Below the pieces are notes generated by a model. That model saw nothing but the letters and a program-made list of their open reading frames with translations. It did no database searches and was not told the DNA's origin. A stretch of DNA of 64,000 bases from Naegleria gruberi. Its lineage: Eukaryota. Within the stretch, counting starts at the first letter, position 1; every line of letters begins with the position of its first letter. A program made the translations under genes and the position numbers. Below are positions 36,175-45,841 of this stretch, in pieces. The DNA is taken from the NCBI GenBank assembly GCA_000004985.1, contig GG738845.1. One strand, written 5' to 3'.

Positions 36175-39100
36175 TTATTTCTTCTTTTTGAGTTTTTGTA
36201 CAAGTTCATCTTTTCTTTTCCTCTTCTTATCATCATTTGCAGTTTCTGTACTTCTTTGCATTCCCTTTTCCTTTTGAATAATGAGTGTTTTCTGTTTGGA
36301 GGTTTTGGCATCTACTTCTTGATTATTGACAATATGATATGGGAAATCAGCTCCCAATTTCATGATTCCTGGCTCAACAACTTCCACACAAAGCTTCCTT
36401 CTGTAATTTTTAGATGTTTTAACATAAATACGAATATTAACATGTTCGAACACAGTGAGGGTAATTGTTGGTTTGTTTTGATCTTCAAAAACTAAAGAGT
36501 CTGTTTCCTCGTTAAAAGTAATATTTGAGTATTGTACATTGTCTTTTGTGAGGAAAATAACATGCTCAAAACCAAATCTTGGAATAAAAACAACGATACC
36601 ATTACTTTTCATTTGTGTAATGTAGGCTCTCTCACTTGTGATTGGATTGGAATTAAAATACACATTGGTGTACAATTCTACAGATGACCTTTGAGCATAT
36701 TGAGACATTCTATTTCTCTTATTCAAATCATTCATTAATCTTCTAGAGTATTCACGGTCAGTAACCTTTTCTGTGAGAGGATAATAACCAATGGCAGCCC
36801 CCAATAATCTGTGAACAATTACGTCAGCATATCTACGAATTGGCGATGTAAAATGTGTATAGATTGGCACAGCTAAACCATAATGCCAATATTCTTCTTG
36901 ACTGCAATCACCTGAGATAAAGTAAACAGCTTGCTCCATACATCGAGTTACCATAATACGAACTAGGGTATCCATATATTTATCCTTAATTAGTCCAGAA
37001 CTTCTAATATTACTCAAGGTTTCATTCAATATTTTGGATGATGAAATATCTAAATTGATGCCATGCCTTTTCAACATTTCCAAAAGAGGCTCAAATTTTT
37101 TAGGGTTAACAGGAGGGTGACGACGAAGACAAGCAACCATAGGGAATTCTTTAGTTATCTTCTTTGCCACAGCAATATTGGCCAACAACATGAACTCTTC
37201 TACCATAGAGTTGGTTTCTCTAAGTTGGTATAGTTCTACGTCTGTTGGGTTGGAGGATTCAGCCTCCATACTGAATTTTACAGCTGGAGAAGCAAGAGTT
37301 AATGAGCCAGCTTCGTTTCTTTTCTTCTTCAAAATTTTAGATATTTGCATTAACAACCTCAAGTCAGTTGCTAATTCATCATCTCTTTCCTTGTCATCAA
37401 TAACCTTCTGAGCTTCTTCATAAGTCATGGATTTTCTGGAACGAATTAATGATTTGGTATAGTCTACGCTCTTAATATCCCCCTCTGGAGAAAATTTCCA
37501 AATAACAGAAAAGGCCAACCGATCAACATGTTGTCTGAGGGAACACAAGTTGTTCGTTAATAAACTAGGTAACATTTCGATTCTTCTATCTACAAGATAA
37601 ACAGTGGTTCCTCTCTTAGCTGCTTCAATATCAATTGCTGTTCCTTCCTTAACAAAATTTGTAACATCAGCAATATGAACTCCAATTTCAATAGAGCCAT
37701 CAGGTAGTTGTATGGCATGTAGAGCATCATCAATATCAGTACAACCAGGAGGATCAACACTGACAATATTGAGATGTCTTAAATCTCTTCTACGTTCCAT
37801 ATCTTTCTCTGTAGGTTGCCAATCTTTTGGAGGTAGACAATCAATAATGGATTGAGAAAATTTATAGTGAGGTACGTCATGCTCAAGCAGAATTACTTCA
37901 GATTCAGTGTCGGTATTGTAAATTTCACCAATGGTACTAATATAGTGCCCATCAGGATATTTGGAATTTACACTCCATCCATCTATCATTACACATATCC
38001 TCTTATTCATCAACTCTTTGCACTGTCTTGAAACTATTCTTATTTTTGGGATGCATCTATCAACAGGGACAAATAACACCTTATTAAGACCCTCTTCAGA
38101 ATCGGTATCCTCGTCTAAACTTCCACAATATGATCTCCAATTTCGTTTAATAATTCCAACTACTTTTCCAGTTGGAATTAATCTTTCAGAATTCACAAAT
38201 CTAGAATAGAATGATGATGTAAGTGATTTTTCACTAGAGTCGCTCTCTGATGTACCTGTTAGAGGATGATTGTTTTCCAAATCAATATCATTATCATCCA
38301 TAATAGTTATTGAAGAGGGTCTTGACCATTCAGATTTTGGTAATATTTCTACAGCAACAATATCACCATGAATGGATCTATTCATGTGTTTAAAGTTCTT
38401 AATAAGTACTGTGTTAAATACTTCAGTTGAAAGAATTGGATTTTCACTTGTTTCAGTAGTAGCATCAGAATTACCAATAATTGCTCCTAATTCTTCTTCT
38501 GCAGATTTTGTATCCGAAACACCCTTCAACTCGTTTTTTCCCTTTAAATCGACTACAAGTTCTTGCATTGACCTAAGAGAAACAAAAGCTTCATTGATAT
38601 TATTCCTATTGACGGTAATTCTACCTTGATGTAATTTTTTTGTTTTGATTCTTCTTAAAAGTGTGTTCATAGGAAGGTGATCCTCAAACAACTTGTTTTG
38701 GCAATTTCCTTCTTCATCCACCATTTCATCAGAATCCTTTATCTCATCAGTGTAATTTAATAAATCTAACAATTCCTCAGGGTAATTACTCTCACTAACA
38801 CATTCCCTAACATAATCATGAATTGTTTTTGCAGTAATTTCCATTTCTCGTGCTTTTCTCAAATTTTCCTTGTCATTTGTTAATAAATAAATTGGTTTAC
38901 TTTCTGCAAGCTTTCTCATGTACCATAAAGCTGTAACTCTAATAGCTTTATCATTTCTGTCATTCATAGACTCCGAAATTTGTCTCTCACCAACATATGT
39001 TTCTCTGTGATGCTCATTAGAAAATACATAAAAATGTTTTCCTGATTTATCCTCAATTAATGTACGTATTCTTTTGTAAATATTATAGTTTTGATTTCTA

Positions 39101-39336
39101 ACTTCATTCAGTACAGTTTGAAGAATAATAGCATTTGTAATTGATGGATGTTCCAATATTGTTATCTGATGAAGAACAACATTTGTATCAGGAATGATAA
39201 AACAACTAGCATCTTCTTGAAGAGAAGAACCAACACCTGTACCAATGTCATCACGGAGATAATGTTCTCTAACAACTTTAACAACGTTACCCTTCCTCGT
39301 TTGCTTTATGAATGATGTGCTACTGCGGAGAGACAT
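36175..39336 (-). CDS. DIS3: Exosome catalytic subunit DIS3/RRP44 (PIN, CSD, RNB and S1 domains). 1053 aa, single exon.
   Basis: N-terminus ...KGNVVKVVREHYLRDDIGTG.... The RNB signature ...HFTSPIRRYADVIVHRLL... is present. ATG at 39334-39336. The stop lies 3 nt from the Lunapark stop (convergent). Confidence 0.9.
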   Translation of the reverse strand: MSLRSSTSFIKQTRKGNVVKVVREHYLRDDIGTGVGSSLQEDASCFIIPDTNVVLHQITILEHPSITNAIILQTVLNEVRNQNYNIYKRIRTLIEDKSGKHFYVFSNEHHRETYVGERQISESMNDRNDKAIRVTALWYMRKLAESKPIYLLTNDKENLRKAREMEITAKTIHDYVRECVSESNYPEELLDLLNYTDEIKDSDEMVDEEGNCQNKLFEDHLPMNTLLRRIKTKKLHQGRITVNRNNINEAFVSLRSMQELVVDLKGKNELKGVSDTKSAEEELGAIIGNSDATTETSENPILSTEVFNTVLIKNFKHMNRSIHGDIVAVEILPKSEWSRPSSITIMDDNDIDLENNHPLTGTSESDSSEKSLTSSFYSRFVNSERLIPTGKVVGIIKRNWRSYCGSLDEDTDSEEGLNKVLFVPVDRCIPKIRIVSRQCKELMNKRICVMIDGWSVNSKYPDGHYISTIGEIYNTDTESEVILLEHDVPHYKFSQSIIDCLPPKDWQPTEKDMERRRDLRHLNIVSVDPPGCTDIDDALHAIQLPDGSIEIGVHIADVTNFVKEGTAIDIEAAKRGTTVYLVDRRIEMLPSLLTNNLCSLRQHVDRLAFSVIWKFSPEGDIKSVDYTKSLIRSRKSMTYEEAQKVIDDKERDDELATDLRLLMQISKILKKKRNEAGSLTLASPAVKFSMEAESSNPTDVELYQLRETNSMVEEFMLLANIAVAKKITKEFPMVACLRRHPPVNPKKFEPLLEMLKRHGINLDISSSKILNETLSNIRSSGLIKDKYMDTLVRIMVTRCMEQAVYFISGDCSQEEYWHYGLAVPIYTHFTSPIRRYADVIVHRLLGAAIGYYPLTEKVTDREYSRRLMNDLNKRNRMSQYAQRSSVELYTNVYFNSNPITSERAYITQMKSNGIVVFIPRFGFEHVIFLTKDNVQYSNITFNEETDSLVFEDQNKPTITLTVFEHVNIRIYVKTSKNYRRKLCVEVVEPGIMKLGADFPYHIVNNQEVDAKTSKQKTLIIQKEKGMQRSTETANDDKKRKRKDELVQKLKKKK

Positions 39337-39463
39337 TTTTTAGCTACAAAAAATTGAGTCATCTTCAAATTCTTCGTGCATTAGCCTTTATGCTCACATT
39401 ATTATTTAGTTGTCTGGTTAATTATTTAATAATTTTGCTAAAGATCTAAATTGTATTCGCAAG

Positions 39464-40000
39464 ATGGAGAAGAACACTTCTTGGTTAAAAAATCAAATTG
39501 AAAGGAAAGAGGAAGAGATTACTAATCTGCACGAAATACTGGCCAAATTGTATTCAGAAGAGAAAGACAAGACAATTGTGGATGTGGAAAAATCATGGTT
39601 TAACAAAACTAAACAATCTTTCACAGAAAAATTGTCGGAAAGATTTAGATATGAAAAGTATAATATGTCTGTTGATTGGAGATTAAAGATTAAATTGCAA
39701 GAGGTGTGTCCTTTGGAGTATTATTATGACAGACTGTTATTATGTACCAACAGGGAAGTCTTTAACTTATTGGATATTAATCATGGATGCAAAGAAGAAA
39801 TGGAAATGGTAAAAGAGTGTTCAGTGAAAAGAGAACGATTCACACAAGAGTTAAAAAAAAGAGAACGTTTACAACAAGAGGAAATGAAATCTAACATTTT
39901 CTTTCCAGCCTCTGGAATAACAGAAAGACATTACAAAACACATTTGGAAAAATCAAAAAAGGAATTTGATAAAATGATGCAAAACTTCAATAAAGAATAG
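39464..40000 (+). CDS. Hypothetical coiled-coil protein, 178 aa.
   Basis: ORF with an ATG and charged heptad-like sequence. No recognisable domain. Confidence 0.3.
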   Translation: MEKNTSWLKNQIERKEEEITNLHEILAKLYSEEKDKTIVDVEKSWFNKTKQSFTEKLSERFRYEKYNMSVDWRLKIKLQEVCPLEYYYDRLLLCTNREVFNLLDINHGCKEEMEMVKECSVKRERFTQELKKRERLQQEEMKSNIFFPASGITERHYKTHLEKSKKEFDKMMQNFNKE

Positions 40001-40051
40001 GGTCAATTTTTACAAAATTGTATATACAGTAAAATTACAATGATATTAATA

Positions 40052-41074
40052 CTAGTTAGTACTGAAGTATGCATGTTTGAGACACTCAGTAGCACTTGGT
40101 CTTTTTGTTGGATCGTATTCTAACATTCTATATAGTAGATCAACACCATGAGAATCAAGCTTTTTGTGGAGAATATCAGAAGAAAATTGTTCTTTTGAAA
40201 TTCTTCCTTGTGAAGGAATTGATATTTTCTTTGCAATCTTATTCATCATGATATCATAGTTTGGAAGTTGTTTTAAATCAGGCCATTCATTACTGATTGG
40301 CAATCCTGTTTTTGAAATAATACTAGCTAGTTGAGATAATTCGTCTTTACCAGTGAATAATGGTTTTCCAGTTACCATCTCTGCAAAAATACAACCTAAA
40401 CTCCAAATATCCACACCAAAACCATATGATTGACTTCCTAAAAGAATATCAATAGATCTATACCATAAAGTAACAACTTCATGAGAAAGTTTTCTTACTG
40501 GTATTCCAAAAGATCTAGCCAATCCAAAATCTCCAAGTTTAAGCTCTATATTTCCTGTTTCAGGATTTGTTGATTGTCTACTTGAAGAATTTGAAGAGAA
40601 TGCATTTACAAGAATATTTTGTGGTTTTAAATCTCTATGAAGAACACTCTGCATGTGGCAATATTCTATACCCTTCAACATTTGTCTCATAAAATTTTTA
40701 ACTTGTCTGGATGGCAGTCCTTTTCCATCTCCAGCAACATTATTTATATACGCTTTTAAGTCACCATAGTTACAATATTCGAAAACTAGTGTTAACTGAT
40801 CCATGGAATGAACTAAATCAACGAGTCTTACAACATTAGGGTGTTTCAATTCTTTTAAAATGGCAATTTCTCTAATGGCTGTACAAGGAACCCCTTCATT
40901 TAATTGGTCAAGTTTGATACACTTCAATGCTACCAGTTGTTTGTTTGGTCCCATAGATTTATATACCTCACCATAAGTTCCTTCTCCGAGAGGTTCTATT
41001 TTTGCATAATTAAATGATTGAAATTGTGAAGTACTATCATCAATTGATGATGTATCCGATTGGTCCATATTCAT
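40052..41074 (-). CDS. Cyclin-dependent kinase, CDK5/Pho85/PCTAIRE-like, with a ~17-aa Ser-rich insertion before the DFG motif.
   Basis: GEGTYGEVYK, the PCTAIRE helix (GVPCTAIREIAILKELKHPNVVRL), HRDLKPQNILVNAFSSNSSSRQSTNPETGNIELKLGDFGLAR, and the motifs ...VVTLWYRSIDILLG... and ...DIWSLGCIFAEM are all present. Confidence 0.8.
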   Translation of the reverse strand: MNMDQSDTSSIDDSTSQFQSFNYAKIEPLGEGTYGEVYKSMGPNKQLVALKCIKLDQLNEGVPCTAIREIAILKELKHPNVVRLVDLVHSMDQLTLVFEYCNYGDLKAYINNVAGDGKGLPSRQVKNFMRQMLKGIEYCHMQSVLHRDLKPQNILVNAFSSNSSSRQSTNPETGNIELKLGDFGLARSFGIPVRKLSHEVVTLWYRSIDILLGSQSYGFGVDIWSLGCIFAEMVTGKPLFTGKDELSQLASIISKTGLPISNEWPDLKQLPNYDIMMNKIAKKISIPSQGRISKEQFSSDILHKKLDSHGVDLLYRMLEYDPTKRPSATECLKHAYFSTN

Positions 41075-41369
41075 TATTGTGATAATTTAAAGCTGTGATC
41101 TTGGTGCTGTTAATGATATTTCAAACAACAGACTTTTTTTTAAATTAAATAATTAAAAATGGACGAAAATAGTTTTGATTAATATCACCCATCCATACAA
41201 AAGTGCTACAAAATTTGCTTTTGAAAAAAGTCTTATTTAATATCTACTCCAACGTTGGATACATCTTAAATTAACATTCCCGCCAACACATTGGCCTCGT
41301 TAAACTGTTTATACTTGCCGCCAAATAATTTACTGTTTTCCAACCAACTACAACTTTAAGAAAAAAAAA
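41075..41369. promoter_or_regulatory. Bidirectional promoter region between the divergent CDK (-) and IFT57 (+) genes.
   Basis: A 295-nt non-coding spacer between two divergent ATGs. It contains palindromes (gccaacacattggc, caacgttg) 40-90 nt upstream of the IFT57 ATG. Confidence 0.3.
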
Positions 41370-42725
41370 ATGAGCAACGAAGAAGATATTATGATAAATG
41401 GTGATGATGGAGATATTCAACAAGATGACTCCAACTCTTTACCTAACTCTGCTGGCATGTTAGAAAATTCAAAACCATCAGGAAGAAAGGAATCGTACAG
41501 TCCTTATGTATATATGGAAAAAATTATTGATAAGTTAAAGTTACTAAACTATGAAAGAAGAAAAGACTTATTTCCAAGTCACGCTTATGGAGGTTTACCA
41601 AGATATTATTTTGCTCATCATGATAAAGATCATCCTCATGAGCAATTCCATACTTTTATTGCTGTTACCACATGGCTGATCTCGGATGTGCTAAAGTTGG
41701 ATGATTATGAAAGACCAGACTTTCAGTTAGATGATCCAAATACAACGACACAAAATTTAGCATTTTATTTAAAAAAAATGGGTATTCCAATGGATTTTCC
41801 TCCAACCAAGTTGAGACAGGCTTGGGGAGAACCAGTATGTTATGTAATTGATCAATTATTGAATCGCGCTCTAAAAGAATCAAAGGTCAAGTTAAAGGCC
41901 CCTGAAATTCCTGAAGAAATTAAGTTTCGTGATGATGATGAAATTCCAGAAGAATCAGAAGATATTGAGGATAATGAGGATATGCAACATGATAATGATA
42001 GCGAGAATGAGGATGAAATGTATTATACAGTTGGATCCAAAAATGATACAGGATCTAAAGATCAGGAAAAGCATTTAGAAATGATTGAGGGATACCATAA
42101 TGCTCAAGAATGGAGGTTAGAAACCGAAAGATTGTCATCCCAGCTTGTGGTTAGACTCAATGTTGATCACAAAGATTGGAGGACACACGTAGAGTCTATG
42201 GAGGAACAAAATGTTTCAATAAGAGACTTGACTCCCTCATCGACTTCTCAATTGGAAAAAATAGCTGAGGATATTGAAAAGATAAACTCAAGAATCCAGA
42301 AAAGAGAAAAAATGTTAAGTGATGATTCTTCTATTGGAAACCTTTTGGCTAATTATTCAAAAAATCAACAAGAATTAGACGAAATAACTAAAAAGTATAA
42401 GGAGTTGGAAGAAACCATTTCAGTGCTCAGTGGTGATTTAGGAAAGATAAATCAAGATCTGAGTGATATAAAGGTAAATGCTGAGGATTTAACCAAGAAG
42501 ATGGCTGATACAACTCCACTCCGAGAAATCAAAGAAGCTTTGGTAAAGATACGAAATGATATCAAGCAAATGGATATGAGAGCTGGAGTGTTACAGAATC
42601 AAGTCCTTCAAGCAAAAATGAAAACATCCAGGGTATTGAGTGCTAAGGGAAAGAAAGGTGGTATCAGTTTATCTCATCACATGTCTTCAGGCTTTGAATT
42701 CGATCCATTTATGCAATACGTATAA
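41370..42725 (+). CDS. IFT57: Intraflagellar transport protein 57 (IFT-B complex).
   Basis: ...IIDKLKLLNYERR...YYFAHHDKDHPHEQFHTFIAVTTWLIS...DDPNTTTQNLAFYLKKMGIPMDFPPTKLRQAWGEPVCYVIDQLLNRALKE... aligns with human IFT57 (...EKLKLLRYEEEF...HYFALPTNPGEQFYMFCTLAAWLIN...DDPNATISNILSELRSFGRTADFPPSKLKSGYGEHVCYVLD...). A coiled-coil C-terminus follows. Confidence 0.8.
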   Translation: MSNEEDIMINGDDGDIQQDDSNSLPNSAGMLENSKPSGRKESYSPYVYMEKIIDKLKLLNYERRKDLFPSHAYGGLPRYYFAHHDKDHPHEQFHTFIAVTTWLISDVLKLDDYERPDFQLDDPNTTTQNLAFYLKKMGIPMDFPPTKLRQAWGEPVCYVIDQLLNRALKESKVKLKAPEIPEEIKFRDDDEIPEESEDIEDNEDMQHDNDSENEDEMYYTVGSKNDTGSKDQEKHLEMIEGYHNAQEWRLETERLSSQLVVRLNVDHKDWRTHVESMEEQNVSIRDLTPSSTSQLEKIAEDIEKINSRIQKREKMLSDDSSIGNLLANYSKNQQELDEITKKYKELEETISVLSGDLGKINQDLSDIKVNAEDLTKKMADTTPLREIKEALVKIRNDIKQMDMRAGVLQNQVLQAKMKTSRVLSAKGKKGGISLSHHMSSGFEFDPFMQYV

Positions 42726-42755
42726 ATAAACTTTGTATTTTTCTAAAAAGAAAAA

Positions 42756-45700
42756 ATGAGAAGGTCAGCTTTTGCTTCAGCGTCCAGAACAAATGATTTT
42801 GATAATATTAAGAATTTTGAAGAGTAAGTGTTGTATTTGAATTTTATCGGAAAGAAGAACAGCTAGTTTTATGAATGAAGTTGACTCTGATGATGATTCT
42901 CCGAAAAAAGCTGTTACTAAACCATCCTTATCCAACAGCATACCTGCAAAGCAGCATAATTTTAAAGGAAATACAACATCAACCCTAAAAACAAATAATG
43001 CCTCACACAACTTACCCAGTCATCTATTTGTAAGTCTAAACGATTTTATCATTTGGATTTGAAATTAGGAAAGAATTCAATTAAATCAGTGGCGAGTGAT
43101 TACAATGAATTCACCTCTAAGGAGCTAATGTCAAAAAGTGGATCTGATACTCATGAATTTGATAAATATAAACCCTCTATGGGATTTGGCAACCAAAATT
43201 CCACTGGAGGGTACAATACATTGAAAAGTACATTAAAGTCAACCACAATTTCCTCAATTCCAGGTATGTATTATAACAATTTTATATTCATTTTGTACAA
43301 AAAGAAGCCGAAGAGGCAGATACAACTACTTCTGAAGAAGCCCGAGTATATAAAAGATTGGATGATCTTGGGTATGATGATAGTGATTTAGAAATTGAAG
43401 GTCACAGTTCTGAATTATCTACATCTCAAGAAGAGTATCCAGTAATTACAACAGGCAAAAACTTTAACTCCGAACAAGCTATTAAAACAGCTCCTCAACC
43501 ATTGTACAGATCTATAGCAACTAATAGAGATATTGATTTAAAAACTAATGTAAATACTAAAGCTATTTCGGAAACCAAATCAATTAATTGTCAAACGAGT
43601 GGAGATTTTATGAAAGATTTTCAAGATAAGGAGAATTTGATAAAAGTGTTGAAGAAGGAATTGGAGATTAAGGATCAACAAATATTATCACTAAGAACTG
43701 AAATGGAAGTTGAGCAGAGAAAGAAGTGGAATGTCGCTGATGAGTCAACACAAACGATTAGTAATACGACCGAAAAGTCATCTCAAGTGAATATTGAGGA
43801 TGGAGAGAAGGAACACCTTCAAATCACTATTCAAAAATTCAAACATAGAATACAGGAGCTAGAAGCAGACATTATTGAAAGACAGGATGAGGTCGATCAA
43901 CTTAACAACAAGATCAAGAACTTAAAAGCCGACATTTTAAATGCACAACATGATGAATCGAGTAATGTAATATTACAAAAGCAAATCAACAAGCTATCCA
44001 AACAATTATTTGAATTACAAACAGAAAATACAATGTTAAATGAAGAGTTAAGGAAACATGAGGAAATAATGAATTATACACAAAGTGATATAGACCATTC
44101 CAGTTTACAACAAACTACAAAGACAGCAGATATGGAATTTGAAAATCTGAAAAAACAGCACGAAACTAACGACAAATTCTTAAAAGAATATCAAAAGCAA
44201 AATGAGAAACTAACAAGGGAGAATAAGGAATTAGGTTCTGAACTTAAAAACGTAAGAGGGGAATTGGACGATTTGAAAAGAAAACGAGCATTAAATGAAA
44301 AAGAAAAGGATGAAATTCATACCCTCCACAGAAAAATAAGAGAACTTGAGGAAATTATTCATTCGGAAAGAGTAGAGTTCGATAGAAAGGAAGAATATCT
44401 TAAAAATCAAATTCAAAAAGTCAAACACAGTAAGGAGGAGTTAGAAGTGAATTTGAAAAAATTAGATCCTCAAAAACTTGAGGAACAACGAATGTTCATC
44501 TTGAGTTTCGAAGAAAAATCAAAAATACTTGAACAACAACACAATGAAAAAATGATGGAATTATGTAGGAGACTTAAGATACAACAAGATCTTCAGGACC
44601 AATATGACCAACAAACAACAACAATACAACAACAGGAGAGGTTAATTAATAATTTGAAACACAAAATTAGAGAAATTGAAACAAGTTTATTTGATACTGA
44701 ATCAAGGATTAGAGAGAAAGAGAGAGAAAATAGAGAATTAAGATCAGAAAACTCAGATTTGTGGAGAGAGAAGAAAGATATTTCAAAAACTAGGGATAAA
44801 ATTTTGGAGCTAGAACAAGAAATTCGAATAAGGGATGAAAAAATCAATGCCTTCCCTAGAGATATCGAGAAGCAAAAGATAGAATATGAGAACAATATTC
44901 AAGAAGCTGAGATTAGAGTAAAAAAACTGGAATTTATGAAAGATAAAGAACATGAGAGTAAAATGAAAGAAATCAAGGAATATTATTTGAAAAAACAGAA
45001 AGAACTGAATGATACTGTTAAGGAATTATCTAGAGGAAAATCATTAATTTCAAACAAGAAAAAATCCAAAAATATCGCACAAGACTCTGATAATGATTTT
45101 CTTAAGGATGAATTGTTTGCAAAACAAGCAACTATTGAAGAATTAATGAAAAAGATTACGGAAATAGAATCAAGAAATGAAGGAAAGGAATTATCAAACA
45201 ATGAAACCTCAGTAATAAGGGAAGGTAATATTAATGAAGAGAGTGAACTAATAGGTGAACTAAGAATAGTTAGACTAGAAAAAGAAGAGTTGCTGAGAAA
45301 GTTAGAATTGTCAGAGATGAACAAAGTGTTCATAAAAGAAAATGCCATGGAACAAGTGAAGGCAGCCTACAGTGAATTGAATACTACAAGAGAAAAGTAT
45401 AGAAATGAAATACAGAACCTCGAGGAGAGACATAACCAAGAAATGAAATGTCAAGAATCACATTTTTTGCAAGAGATTGAAGATTACAAAAATATCATTG
45501 ATAATTCTGCTACTAAACAAACCCACACTTTACAGTTAATTAATGAAAATTCAGGAGAGAATTCCAGAATCTTAATGCTAAAGCAATTAATTTCACGAAT
45601 TGAAAATTTGGAAAGCAAACACAAAATCAAAGAGATGGAACTGGAAAGAGAGCTCAACGAGACAAGATATAGATATGAACTGAAAATTACATCAATGAAA

Positions 45701-45823
45701 CAACATCTTGATTTGACAGTCCAACAAAAAAACCAACAAGTACTTCAGTTAAAAACTTCCCTTGATAATTTAGTACAAGCATTCCAAAAGCTAAAGATAG
45801 CCCAAAGAGAAAATTTATTTTAA
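42756..45823 (+). CDS. Hypothetical ~985-aa coiled-coil protein. Four exons, with introns at 42824..42854 (31 nt), 43030..43073 (44 nt) and 43264..43304 (41 nt).
   Basis: Exon joins keep a single open frame: MRRSAFASASRTNDFDNIKNFE|ERTASFMNEVDSDDD...SHLF|NSIKSVASDYNEF...ISSIP|EAEEADTTTSEEARVYKRLDDLGYDD.... An ~800-aa heptad-rich coiled coil follows. The ORF-track M residues at 43053 and 43358 are TTG codons. Confidence 0.5.
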
Positions 45824-45841
45824 AGTAAAAAAAATTGCATA

